This document shows, piece by piece, positions 23,189 through 31,744 of a stretch of DNA of 32,000 bases. Source of the stretch: Desulfotruncus alcoholivorax DSM 16058 (GTDB taxonomy: Bacteria > Bacillota > Desulfotomaculia > Desulfotomaculales > Desulfallaceae); NCBI RefSeq assembly GCF_000430885.1, contig NZ_AUMW01000032.1:1-32000 (forward strand). Direction: 5' to 3'. The stretch's first letter is position 1, and each line of letters opens with the position of its first letter. The translations under genes were made by a program, and so were the position numbers. Under the pieces are notes generated by a model. It was not told where the DNA came from, made no database searches, and saw only the letters and a list, made by a program, of their open reading frames with translations.

Positions 23189-23404
23189 ATTTAACAAGCA
23201 ACAAAATATTACAGACTTAAAAAAACCCCGCCGGGATTTTATAAATATTTTTTATTATTGTAGTATTACTATTATGGTACTATACTCCGGTTAGATAGTC
23301 AATCTGCGGAAGAGCGTGCAATTAAACGCATATAGCTGATTTGGCTCAAATATTCATATCTTCGTAATTTCCGCCGATATGACAATTATTAATTAATTAT
23401 AATT

Positions 23405-23463
23405 GGGGACATTCCTCGGACGGGCGGACAGGGTCGTCCGCCCCCACAAACAGGTGTGTCCCC
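23405..23463. repeat. REP-like repeat family A, full copy
   Basis: The sequence is GGGGACATTCCTCGGACGGGCGGACAGGGTCGTCCGCCCCCACAAACAGGTGTGTCCCC. It has nested palindromes: outer GGGGACA/TGTCCCC and inner GGGCGGAC/GTCCGCCC. It lies 5 nt from the PBP stop and is nearly identical to 26757-26815. Confidence 0.9.
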
Positions 23464-23467
23464 TTTC

Positions 23468-25171
23468 CTAAAATTGCATAATCTTTTCTGCGATTTCCTT
23501 AAACACCGGAGCCGCCGTTGTACCGCCGCTGCTTCCGCCATGCACCAAAACAGTGATTACGTATTTTGGACGATCTGCCGGAATATAACCGGAAAACCAG
23601 GCGTCAACCTTCCCGCCCGCGTTATCAAGCTGGGCCGAGCCGGTCTTGCCGGCACTGCCCCATTGCGTTACCCGTGCCTGCGTACCAACACCTGTTTCGG
23701 TGACCTCGCGCAACAGCTTCTTCATAACTCCCGCGGTGTACACGCTAATTGCCCTGGTGGGTGCGGGCTGTCCAATTACCCGTACAAAGCAGCCTTGCTC
23801 ATCGGCCACTCCTGTAACCAAGCGCGGGGCATAGTATAAGCCGCCGCTGGCTATCACATTCATCATGGCGGTTACCTGAACCGGAGTAACCAGCACTGGT
23901 CCCTGGCCAACAGAACTATTGGCCAGATTGTATTTTTCGCCGATAGCAGCTAAGTTTTGCCTTTTATCCCTTTTAACCGGGTAACCGGCAATAGCTTGGT
24001 TGGACAAGCCAAAGGCTTCGGCATAGTTGATAATGCTATTAGCACCTAACCGCCTGCCGATTTCAACAAAGGTAGGGTTACAGGATTCCGCAAAGGCCTG
24101 GTGAAAAGCTATCCGGCCATGCCCGCCGTCCAGCCAGCAACGGACCGGTTCGGCATTTGCGCCAAGGCAAGTAAAACGTTCATCCAGATCGACCTTACCC
24201 AGGTCGATGGCGGCAGCTGCCAGTACAACTTTAAACACTGATCCGGGCTGAAATATTGAGATGCAGTGGTCCACATATACATCCCCGTGCCGGCTGGCCA
24301 GACTCCGGCCCACCATAGAGGGTGATGGATCATACCCCGGCCTGCTGGCCATGGCCAGTATATCTCCGCTGCCTGCTTTCATCACAATGACAGCGCCGCT
24401 CTCCACACGCGTGTCCATAACTGATTCCACAACTTGCTGAATGTTTCGGTCGATAGTGGTTACTACATTACGGCGCGCCGGATCGACGGCCGAAGTGTTT
24501 ACCGCTAAACCTTCTCCGTGAATTACCCTGCCCATGGCATCCAGCGCAATTCTGGCCCACCTTTGTGGATAGGTCCCTTTAAGTTCCTGCTCGTAAAAAT
24601 ATTCCAGGCCCGATTGGCCAACCCAGTCGCCTAAATTGTAATTTTTTGTACTGTTTTTCTGCAGTTGCTCAAACTGTTCCCGACTGGAAATCTTGCCGAG
24701 ATAGCCGGTAATGTGGCTTGCCAGGGGTTTATCCCCGTAACGCATGTACACAGGCAGCAAAAAGACTCCTTCCGGTGGCGCTGTTTGCAAGGATTTCAGC
24801 TGTTCTGAGGTTAAATTCAAGTTTAGGTAAAAAGCTCCGTTCCGGGCTTTTTTGTATAAATCAACAGGGTTTTGGCCAAGGGTTTGCGCCAGTTGGTCCA
24901 GTTCCTTTTGTTGGTCTTGCATCAGCTTGGGGAAAACTACAACACGGTTGGCGAAATAGCCTCCGGACAGCGGAAGCTGGTTCCGGTCTGTTATTTCCCC
25001 TCGCATAAACTCTTCCAGGACTACTTCATGTGACCTGATTCGGCTTGCCCGCAAGGCATAACTATTGCCTTTGACCAGTTGAATATTATACAAGTGCCAG
25101 GTTATCAGGGCAAAGGCCATAGTCATCGCCCAGCATGAAATGATCATGCGTTTTTTTCGCAGTTCCAGCAA
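23468..25171 (-). CDS. Class B penicillin-binding protein (PbpI/SpoVD/FtsI-type transpeptidase, no PASTA domains)
   Basis: It has an N-terminal TM anchor, a PBP dimerisation domain, and the transpeptidase motifs SVFK (SxxK), SSV (SxN position) and KTGS (KTG). The TTG 25171 start is uncertain; an alternative ATG is at 25147. Confidence 0.9.
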   Translation of the reverse strand: MLELRKKRMIISCWAMTMAFALITWHLYNIQLVKGNSYALRASRIRSHEVVLEEFMRGEITDRNQLPLSGGYFANRVVVFPKLMQDQQKELDQLAQTLGQNPVDLYKKARNGAFYLNLNLTSEQLKSLQTAPPEGVFLLPVYMRYGDKPLASHITGYLGKISSREQFEQLQKNSTKNYNLGDWVGQSGLEYFYEQELKGTYPQRWARIALDAMGRVIHGEGLAVNTSAVDPARRNVVTTIDRNIQQVVESVMDTRVESGAVIVMKAGSGDILAMASRPGYDPSPSMVGRSLASRHGDVYVDHCISIFQPGSVFKVVLAAAAIDLGKVDLDERFTCLGANAEPVRCWLDGGHGRIAFHQAFAESCNPTFVEIGRRLGANSIINYAEAFGLSNQAIAGYPVKRDKRQNLAAIGEKYNLANSSVGQGPVLVTPVQVTAMMNVIASGGLYYAPRLVTGVADEQGCFVRVIGQPAPTRAISVYTAGVMKKLLREVTETGVGTQARVTQWGSAGKTGSAQLDNAGGKVDAWFSGYIPADRPKYVITVLVHGGSSGGTTAAPVFKEIAEKIMQF

Positions 25172-25311
25172 AATAAAAAACCCCTATATCGGATTTGACC
25201 ATCATTAATATAGTGGCCATCCAATTGGGATTTTAAACCATCCTGAAAAATTTCAAGTTACTTGTATCAGGCTCTCCAATAGTTCCCTCCGCGCGTTGCT
25301 CAATTTCCCTT

Positions 25312-25378
25312 GTCATTGCGAGGAGTGAAACGATGAAGCAATCCCATATTGAGATTGCTCCGCTGCGCTCGCAATCAT
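25312..25378. repeat. Repeat family B, palindromic double copy
   Basis: GTCATTGCGAGGAGTGAAACGATGAAGCAAT, a spacer, then GAGATTGCTCCGCTGCGCTCGCAATCAT. The two arms are imperfect reverse complements (ATTGCGAG...GCAATC / GATTGC...CTCGCAAT). Confidence 0.85.
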
Positions 25379-25458
25379 AAAGGCAAGTCGGAGAGCCACC
25401 GCCCATATGCATACTTTCTCATTATTTACCTATCCCGCGTTGTAAATTTAAGGGTTTA

Positions 25459-26667
25459 TCATTCCGGCCTGCGTAATAAAGAGAACTCCGGCAGTGGTTC
25501 CGGCCAAGGCAGGTATATGGTTTGCCGGGGATGAGGCGCGCAATCAATTATATTACCGTCTTCGTCAAGAATTTTTTTAACCTGGCAGCTATAAACCTCC
25601 CCGGTGGTAAGAATCTCCAATTCCTCGCCGGTAACAAAGCGGTTCCGCTGTTCGATGCGCAGCAGCCCGCGTTCAGGGTCATAACCACGTACCACCCCGA
25701 CAAAAGTATAATTGCGCCGGTAAATTGAATCCAGAGGCGGCGGGTTGCCCGCCCTGGTACCGGTGAAAAAGCCGGTTGTATAGTCCCTGTTGCTGACCTT
25801 GCTTATCTCCTGCAGCCATTCCGGGCGAACCTTATAATTATCCGGGTCCTTCAGGCATTCGTCCAGGGCCTGGCGGTAGACCCTGGTGATGGTGGCGACA
25901 TAATGAACGCTTTTCACCCGCCCCTCAATCTTAAAAGAAGTGACACCCGCTGCCAGCAGGTCCGGCAGGTATTCAAGCAAGCATAAATCCTTTGAACTTA
26001 AGATATAGGAACCCCTGTCGTCCTCGCTAAAGGGGAAATACTCACCGGGCCTTTTTTCCTCCACCAGCCGGTATTTCCAGCGGCAGGCCTGGGCGCAGTC
26101 ACCCCGGTTGGCATCTCGCCCCGTCATATAATTGCTTAACAAACACCTTCCGGAATAGGATATACACATAGCGCCGTGGACAAATGCTTCTAATTCCACC
26201 CCGGTTTTATCCCGGATTGTTTTTATCTCCCCGCAACTAAGTTCCCTGGCCAGCACGATACGGTCCGCCCCCATCGACTCCCAAACCCTGGCGCTGCGCC
26301 AGTTGGTAATGTTGGCCTGTGTGCTGACGTGTATTTTCAACTGCGGGGCAAATTCACGCACCAGGGAAAATACGCCCGGGTCTGATACGATAACGGCATC
26401 AACCCCTGCGTTAACCAGTTCTTGGATGTAACTGGGCAATGCTTCGATATCTTTATTATGAGCAAATATATTCAGGGTGACATAAACTTTAACTCCCCTG
26501 GCATGGGCATATTTAACCGCACTGAACATGGATTCCCGGTCAAAAGCGGCGGCAGCCACCCGCAATCCGAAATCGGTGCCGCCCAGGTAAACCGCATCGG
26601 CACCGTAAGCAATGGCGTATTTTAATTTTTCCGGGCTTCCCGCAGGAGCTAAAATTTCAGGCTTCAT
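25459..26667 (-). CDS. Peptidase U32 family protein
   Basis: It reads MKPEILAPAGSPEKLKYAIAYGADAVYLGG...EAFVHGAMCISYSGRCLLS, the U32 signature. ATG 26667 follows AGGAAGG. The 14 extra codons in the track ORF have no support. Confidence 0.9.
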   Translation of the reverse strand: MKPEILAPAGSPEKLKYAIAYGADAVYLGGTDFGLRVAAAAFDRESMFSAVKYAHARGVKVYVTLNIFAHNKDIEALPSYIQELVNAGVDAVIVSDPGVFSLVREFAPQLKIHVSTQANITNWRSARVWESMGADRIVLARELSCGEIKTIRDKTGVELEAFVHGAMCISYSGRCLLSNYMTGRDANRGDCAQACRWKYRLVEEKRPGEYFPFSEDDRGSYILSSKDLCLLEYLPDLLAAGVTSFKIEGRVKSVHYVATITRVYRQALDECLKDPDNYKVRPEWLQEISKVSNRDYTTGFFTGTRAGNPPPLDSIYRRNYTFVGVVRGYDPERGLLRIEQRNRFVTGEELEILTTGEVYSCQVKKILDEDGNIIDCAPHPRQTIYLPWPEPLPEFSLLRRPE

Positions 26668-26756
26668 TGTTTTTACCTTCCTGGCACATTTAGGGTATTT
26701 GAATATCACAAATAATGTTTGAATGATTTGTCATGCAAGCGTAGAGATGCATTTTT

Positions 26757-26815
26757 GGGGATTTTCCTCGGACGGGCGGACAGGGTCGTCCGCCCCTACA
26801 AGCAGATGTGTCACC
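26757..26815. repeat. REP-like repeat family A, full copy
   Basis: GGGGATTTTCCTCGGACGGGCGGACAGGGTCGTCCGCCCCTACAAGCAGATGTGTCACC has the same orientation as the other two copies. Confidence 0.9.
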
Positions 26816-26829
26816 TTGCCTTGAATATT

Positions 26830-26862
26830 AGATTGCCACGTCGCTTCGCTCCTCGCAATGAC
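26830..26862. repeat. Repeat family B, single arm
   Basis: AGATTGCCACGTCGCTTCGCTCCTCGCAATGAC shares the CTCCTCGCAATGAC end with 19107-19120. It translates to the spurious '..RFAPRNDK' peptide seen in track ORF 26719-27033. Confidence 0.8.
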
Positions 26863-26871
26863 AAATACCAT

Positions 26872-27903
26872 TCACTGGTATTTTTGCACATTTTTATTGT
26901 GTTCAGCCAGTGTACGGGCAAAAGCATGGCTGCCGTCGGGTTTGGCGCAGTAATAAAGGTAATCGTTCTTTTCCGGCTCAATTGCCGCTTTCAGCGAAGG
27001 CCAGCCTGGATTGGCTATGGGACCCGGCGGTAGGCCGTAGATTTTATAGGTATTATAGGGTGAATTAATTTCCAGATCGCTGTATAGTAATTTCTCTTTT
27101 TGTTTTCCCAGTGCATACTGTACTGTAGCGTCAATTTGCAGCGGCATACCGGCTTTCAGCCGGTTATATATTACACCGGCAATTCTGGGCCTTTCCGATT
27201 CAACCCGGGCCTCCCGCTCCACCATGGATGCCACAGTCACTGCCTCGTTTAAACTAAGTCCTTTAGCCCTGGCCTTGTTGATATAGTCATTGCGTTCCAT
27301 AACTTGCTCAAAATTTTGCAGCATCATTTCAACAATTTTATCAGGTCCTGAACCGGGTCCCAGAAAATACGTATCAGGGAACAGATATCCTTCCAAATTG
27401 TACTTATTGTCCGGTAATTGTTTTAAAAAAGAAAACTGCCAGTTTTGATTAAGCGCATTGGTAAATTCCGCACGGCTAGACAGTCCCTTCTGTTCCAGCA
27501 AGCCGGCTATCTGAGCTACGGTGTAGCCCTCCGGAATGGTTAATTTAATGCGATCTGCCGGACCCTTAACCAAAACCCAGGTAATCTCCGGCACTGTCAT
27601 GGCGGTATTCATTATATATGTACCGGGTTTAAGCTTACCATCAACGCCTTCCATTCTGGCATACAGGCGAAAGGCTGAAGCATTTCGAATTACGCCGCTA
27701 CTTTTCAATATTCCGGCAATTGTCGAAGTTGTGGCTTGTTTAGGCACAACCACCGTTATCTGGTCAGCTTTTGGGGCGTTAACCGGCATTAGTGATATCC
27801 TGTAGGACATAATCGCAAACACCAGTGGAATTAAGATTGCGGTTGCAGCAATAAAGTTCCCCCAACTTTTTCGACTGCCTGTTATCATTCTAACGGGTAA
27901 CAT
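26872..27903 (-). CDS. mltG: Endolytic murein transglycosylase MltG (YceG family)
   Basis: It has an N-terminal TM helix and the YceG motifs ...ASMVEREA...AGVIYNRL...MPLQIDATVQYA...YNTY...GLPPGPIANPG. ATG 27903 has an AGGAGA SD. Confidence 0.92.
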   Translation of the reverse strand: MLPVRMITGSRKSWGNFIAATAILIPLVFAIMSYRISLMPVNAPKADQITVVVPKQATTSTIAGILKSSGVIRNASAFRLYARMEGVDGKLKPGTYIMNTAMTVPEITWVLVKGPADRIKLTIPEGYTVAQIAGLLEQKGLSSRAEFTNALNQNWQFSFLKQLPDNKYNLEGYLFPDTYFLGPGSGPDKIVEMMLQNFEQVMERNDYINKARAKGLSLNEAVTVASMVEREARVESERPRIAGVIYNRLKAGMPLQIDATVQYALGKQKEKLLYSDLEINSPYNTYKIYGLPPGPIANPGWPSLKAAIEPEKNDYLYYCAKPDGSHAFARTLAEHNKNVQKYQ

Positions 27904-27918
27904 AATTTTTCTCCTGCT

Positions 27919-29562
27919 TTAAAGCTCCGTTTCAGTTTCGGGTTCGATTTCTCCAGTTTCCCCGGGTATTGTCTGAGCTTCCGGTTGAGGTTCGGATCCG
28001 CCGGTAACGTTATGTTCACTTGCCGACGTCTCCTGCGGCTGTGCATCAAGCTGGCCGCTGCCTGGTTCCGCTGGTGAGCCACCTTGTTGGTTAATATCAC
28101 CAGTCCCTGCTGTACCGCCCGGGGATTCCGTATTACCGGCCGGTGATGTATTCCCAGGTACTGCCGCCTCAGATTTTTCGGTATCAACCGGAGCCAACTG
28201 GTCATCTGTGGGAACAACCACAGAGGGTTTTACTTCACCGGTGCCAATTGCGATAATCCTGTTGACCGCCTGGTAGTGGCTCTCCGGCAGATGTTCCGTT
28301 ATTTTTTTCCCATCCAGCCAAACGGTCCGTTCGGTAACAGCGATAAATCCCTGTGACCCTTTTTGTTTAACCACCTGTTCTCCATACGCCAGGTTGGGAT
28401 CCTTTTCATAAACTATTTTCGGTTCTATTTGATTTTTAACCCAGCTGTTTATTTCAACCCTGGGCGTTTTTTCCTTATTGCCGAAAAGTTTTATGGTCAG
28501 GATATTGCCGTTAACAATGGTTTTGATATAAATATAGCTTTCGCTGTTATTGACAAACCTGAAATCTATAGCGTCATATGCCACTGTAGCGTCCCTGCCG
28601 ATAGGAACATAACCAATAGGCAAAGAGTGGTTGCTCCTGTCAGTAACCTTTAAATTTGCCAGCAGCACAGCATTGTAAAGTGTGGAAGATACCTGGCAAA
28701 CACCGCCGCCCAAACCGGGAACCAGTTCGTTATTTATAATGACGTTGGCATTTTTGTAACCAGCCTCGGAGCTGCGCGGGCCGACCACGCGGTTAAATGA
28801 AAATTCCTCACCCGGCGCAATCAGCAGCCCGTCCAGAGCGGATGCAGCCACCTTGATGTTATAGGTGCGCCCTTCCTGGGAGGCGTCAAATTTGGTGCTA
28901 TAGGCAGAAATCCTTCCGTTAATGCCCATGGCTTTGATATCTTCCAGCGAGCGCTGGGGGGAAGTAGATACCAAAGGCAACTCTATCTCTGCTGCTGCCT
29001 GGCCCGATGCTATTGATTCCACCAACCTTTTCTCCAACAATTCGAAATTAACATTTCTGCCCATCCGGCCAGGAATTATTTCCACCTGGTCATCCCCGGT
29101 TATTGTAAATCCGGCGTTTTGGGGTTCGATAATCAAATCCCCGGCCTCGGCCATAACTTTGTTTTTCAGTACGGACCTGTCCACTTTTACCACCGGGTCC
29201 AATACCAGGCCGTGGCTCTTAACCCGGTACCGTTCCTGCCATTGCGTAAAAAATGAGCCGGTGTGTCCTACCTGCAAGGCCTTTTGCCATGTGCTTTCAA
29301 AATCCAGGCCGACCCCCAGCAAGCCTGCTTCAACCCGCCAGGACTTTTCGCCTTGCTTGATTAACACAGGTATTTTTCTTAAATGGCTGTCCAGGGCCGC
29401 CAATTTTTCTTCGGCTTGATTCCGGGATAATCCGCCAAGGGGAACCGGCCCCACTCTGACACCCTGCACTATTTTATCAGCATAGGATGCACCGGAAAGG
29501 CTGAAAAAAATGCCAGCCGCTGCAATTATCGCAAAAATTGCAATATAGCTTACTCTACGCAA
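27919..29562 (-). CDS. VanW-family protein with G5-like domain and acidic/Pro-rich tail
   Basis: It has a signal/anchor segment and a VanW core (FSFNRVVGPRSSEAGYKNANVI..GGGVCQVSSTLYNAVLLANL..RSNHS). A G5-like segment follows (KIVYEKDPNLAYGEQVVKQKGSQG). TTG 29562 lies 8 nt after GGGGAGG. Confidence 0.85.
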   Translation of the reverse strand: MRRVSYIAIFAIIAAAGIFFSLSGASYADKIVQGVRVGPVPLGGLSRNQAEEKLAALDSHLRKIPVLIKQGEKSWRVEAGLLGVGLDFESTWQKALQVGHTGSFFTQWQERYRVKSHGLVLDPVVKVDRSVLKNKVMAEAGDLIIEPQNAGFTITGDDQVEIIPGRMGRNVNFELLEKRLVESIASGQAAAEIELPLVSTSPQRSLEDIKAMGINGRISAYSTKFDASQEGRTYNIKVAASALDGLLIAPGEEFSFNRVVGPRSSEAGYKNANVIINNELVPGLGGGVCQVSSTLYNAVLLANLKVTDRSNHSLPIGYVPIGRDATVAYDAIDFRFVNNSESYIYIKTIVNGNILTIKLFGNKEKTPRVEINSWVKNQIEPKIVYEKDPNLAYGEQVVKQKGSQGFIAVTERTVWLDGKKITEHLPESHYQAVNRIIAIGTGEVKPSVVVPTDDQLAPVDTEKSEAAVPGNTSPAGNTESPGGTAGTGDINQQGGSPAEPGSGQLDAQPQETSASEHNVTGGSEPQPEAQTIPGETGEIEPETETEL

Positions 29563-29581
29563 AGGATCGGCCTCCCCGCAG

Positions 29582-29620
29582 ATAAAATAAAGCTGGCTGC
29601 GAAATACCGCCCAGCTTTAT
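29582..29620 (-). terminator. Rho-independent terminator after the DUF1292 gene
   Basis: The minus strand reads AUAAAGCUGG-N14-CCAGCUUUAU followed by UUUAUC, starting 10 nt after the stop at 29630. Confidence 0.55.
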
Positions 29621-29629
29621 TTGAAAATT

Positions 29630-29911
29630 TTAATCTTCGTCGTCTTCTTCAATAAGCATTTCCTCCATGCAGGCGTCCTTAACTTTTTCCCATTCTTCAT
29701 CGTCAATTTCCACCAGAATTTCACCTTCTTCATCATCCTGGTCGATTCTTAAAACAAATGCTTCGGCCTCTTCCTCTTCTTCCTCTTCTTCGCCCACGGG
29801 TATTAATATGGCGTAATTTTTCCCCTCAAACTCAACGATGCTGTATATTATAGCATCATGCTCATTACCGTCTTCATCAACCAAAGTGATTATTTCATCC
29901 TGCTCAGGCAA
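29630..29911 (-). CDS. DUF1292-family small acidic protein
   Basis: It reads ...EIITLVDEDGNEHDAIIYSIVEFEGKNYAILIPV followed by a poly-Glu run, the typical DUF1292 (YrzB-like) pattern. TTG 29911 lies 6 nt after AGAGGTG, so I prefer it to the SD-overlapping GTG 29920. Confidence 0.8.
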   Translation of the reverse strand: MPEQDEIITLVDEDGNEHDAIIYSIVEFEGKNYAILIPVGEEEEEEEEAEAFVLRIDQDDEEGEILVEIDDEEWEKVKDACMEEMLIEEDDED

Positions 29912-29979
29912 GAAATCCACCTCTTTTCATGAGTTAGGGCTATTCTAAACAAATTAACAGGCGTTGTCAAGAAATTATA

Positions 29980-30399
29980 CTATTTACCGCTTTTGGCGTT
30001 AAGATAATCCTGCAGAATAATCGATGCCGCCATTTTATCTATTACTTTCCGTCTTTTAGCTCTGCTCATGTCAGCGCTGACCAGAATCCGTTCAGCCGCA
30101 ACCGAAGTAAGCCTCTCATCCCATGTTTCTACCGGCAGCCCCAAATGAAGTGAAATTTTATCCGCAAAATCTATAGCCTTTTCTCCCTGGGGCCCGGTGG
30201 TGCCGTTCATATTTTTGGGCAGTCCAACCACGACTCTTTCCACGCCAAATTCTTGGGCCAGTTGTTTTATTTCTTCCAATACCTCGTTGATTTTACCACT
30301 ATTGGTTAGTGTTTTAACACCCTGGGCCGTCCAGCCCAGCTCGTCGCTGACAGCCACACCAATTCTTTTTTCACCCAGGTCGATACCCATAATACGCAA
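29980..30399 (-). CDS. ruvX: Holliday-junction-resolvase-like nuclease RuvX (YqgF)
   Basis: It begins (L)RIMGIDLGEKRIGVAVSD...DERLTS, matching the YqgF N-terminus and motifs. I chose TTG 30399 as the start. The track's 30471 start overlaps the upstream gene. Confidence 0.88.
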   Translation of the reverse strand: MRIMGIDLGEKRIGVAVSDELGWTAQGVKTLTNSGKINEVLEEIKQLAQEFGVERVVVGLPKNMNGTTGPQGEKAIDFADKISLHLGLPVETWDERLTSVAAERILVSADMSRAKRRKVIDKMAASIILQDYLNAKSGK

Positions 30400-30419
30400 T
30401 AATAAAACCAGCCTTCCCG

Positions 30420-31367
30420 TCAAATCACTTTTATGCAGAATTCGGGGCATACCGAGGCGCAATAGCCGCACAGGCGGCAGCGCTGCATATCAACCTTAAC
30501 CGCACCTTCAACAATTTCCAGGGCGCCGGCTGTACATTTTTCCACACACCGGCCGCAGCCCCGGCACCATTTTTCAATGTGCAAAACCCGCCGGTTCTTG
30601 CTCAACTTTTCGCTCAAGCCCGGCCCGGGCTCAACGCCGGAAAACCTCAACACGTTATACTTAATTTCCTCCAGGCTTTGCATGCCCACAGCAACCGCTG
30701 CCAGTTCAGGCACAGACAAAATAAAGCCCAGTGCTTCTTCCGCTTGCGGTATAAGATGCCCACCGCCTAAACATTTCATTCCGTACAAGCCTTTGCCCAT
30801 CATGGCGCTAAATGAAATGGCTTGGAGCATATCTTCCGTTTGACCGTCCTGAATTCCTACGCCAAACTTGTTAATTATGGGGTGAATAACGTCTAATTCC
30901 GGTATTGAAGCGGCAGCCCTTACCCCGGCAACATAATGGGTGGAAATACCTATGGCCCTGATTAAACCTTTTTCCCGGGCCCGCACCATACCTTCAACTG
31001 CTTCCCAGTGTCCTTTAATGGTGTGCACAGATTCCTGTTCATGCAGCAGCATAATATCGACGTATTCCCGGTTCAGCTCCTTCAGACATTTGGCAATGCT
31101 TTGTTCCATTCCTGCCCTGGAATAAGCATAGGTTTTGGTGGCGATAACCACGTCACCGTGAAAACCCGCCAGCGCCTCGCGAATATAGGGATAGCATTCA
31201 TAAATTTCGGCGGTGTCGATAAAATTGACACCCAATTCCAGGGCCGCGCGGATAAGCTTTGCCCCATCAGGCACACTAAATGAACGCTGCAACGGCCCGA
31301 TGGTCAGGGTGCCGAAACAAAGCCGGGAAACCAACAGCCCGGTTGCGCCCAATTGATTATACTGCAA
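30420..31367 (-). CDS. Aldo/keto reductase fused to a C-terminal 2x[4Fe-4S] ferredoxin domain
   Basis: The N-terminus reads YNQLGATGLLVSRLCFGT...GVNFIDTAEIY (AKR). The C-terminus reads CRGCGRCVEKC...CRLCGYCASVCP. TTG 31367 lies 8 nt after AGGAG. Confidence 0.85.
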   Translation of the reverse strand: MQYNQLGATGLLVSRLCFGTLTIGPLQRSFSVPDGAKLIRAALELGVNFIDTAEIYECYPYIREALAGFHGDVVIATKTYAYSRAGMEQSIAKCLKELNREYVDIMLLHEQESVHTIKGHWEAVEGMVRAREKGLIRAIGISTHYVAGVRAAASIPELDVIHPIINKFGVGIQDGQTEDMLQAISFSAMMGKGLYGMKCLGGGHLIPQAEEALGFILSVPELAAVAVGMQSLEEIKYNVLRFSGVEPGPGLSEKLSKNRRVLHIEKWCRGCGRCVEKCTAGALEIVEGAVKVDMQRCRLCGYCASVCPEFCIKVI

Positions 31368-31382
31368 TATCTTAACTCCTGC

Positions 31383-31637
31383 CTATGATACCAGGTATCT
31401 TTTTACCAGTTCTTCCAGGAGTTCGTCCCTTTCCAACTGGCGAATCATGTTCCTGGCGTTTTTATGGCTGGTAATGTAAGCCGGGTCCCCGGAAAGCAGA
31501 TAACCCACAAGTTGATTAATAGGATTATAGCCCTTTTCCGTTAACGCTTCGTAAACTTTAAGCAAAATATCACGGGCTTTATTCTCTTCTGCCTGCACCT
31601 TGAACATTACGGTCTGTTCGGATATTTCCCTGGACAT
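31383..31637 (-). CDS. ireB: IreB-family regulatory phosphoprotein (UPF0297/DUF965, YrzL-like)
   Basis: It reads ...TVMFKV....[61 protein letters not shown] 31637 lies 7 nt after GAGGGGG. Confidence 0.88.
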   Translation of the reverse strand: MSREISEQTVMFKVQAEENKARDILLKVYEALTEKGYNPINQLVGYLLSGDPAYITSHKNARNMIRQLERDELLEELVKRYLVS

Positions 31638-31744
31638 GAGCAAACCCCCTCGGTGTAACCCCGGACAATCTTTATCGGAATTTAGTTTCTATTATAACCG
31701 GATATATCCAATAAGAGAAGTGATGCAGGCAGGAAAAACTATTT

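Noticed and set aside
23219-23240. AAAAAAACCCCGCCGGGATTTT as a bidirectional terminator between the PBP and the XRE regulator.
   Set aside because: The stem is only 3 bp (CCC/GGG) around a 4-nt loop, which is too weak to call despite the flanking A and T runs. The family A hairpin next to the PBP stop is the more plausible 3' structure.
25190-25230. A FliA/SigD-like -10 (TCCGATAT) upstream of the PBP gene.
   Set aside because: The matching -35 (TAAA at 15 nt) is not present at the correct spacing, where the sequence reads TATA or ATAT. A flagellar-type promoter for a PBP has no supporting context. It is probably a chance match.
25349-25534. A 61-aa ORF (MRLLRCARNHKGK...). Similar cases are 26719-27033 (..RFAPRNDK..) and 23456-23839.
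   Set aside because: These ORFs start in, or read through, repeat families A and B and then run antisense into neighbouring genes. The peptides are artefacts of translating palindromic repeats.
13433-26862. The recurring GC-rich palindromes, considered as a CRISPR array.
   Set aside because: The copies are kilobases apart, each in a different intergenic gap. There is no regular repeat-spacer periodicity and no cas genes. They are dispersed REP-like elements.
27885-28217. A 110-aa minus-strand ORF overlapping the VanW 3' end and the mltG start.
   Set aside because: It is out of frame within the low-complexity tail of the VanW gene. It is Arg/Pro/Gln-rich and has no SD, so it is a shadow ORF.
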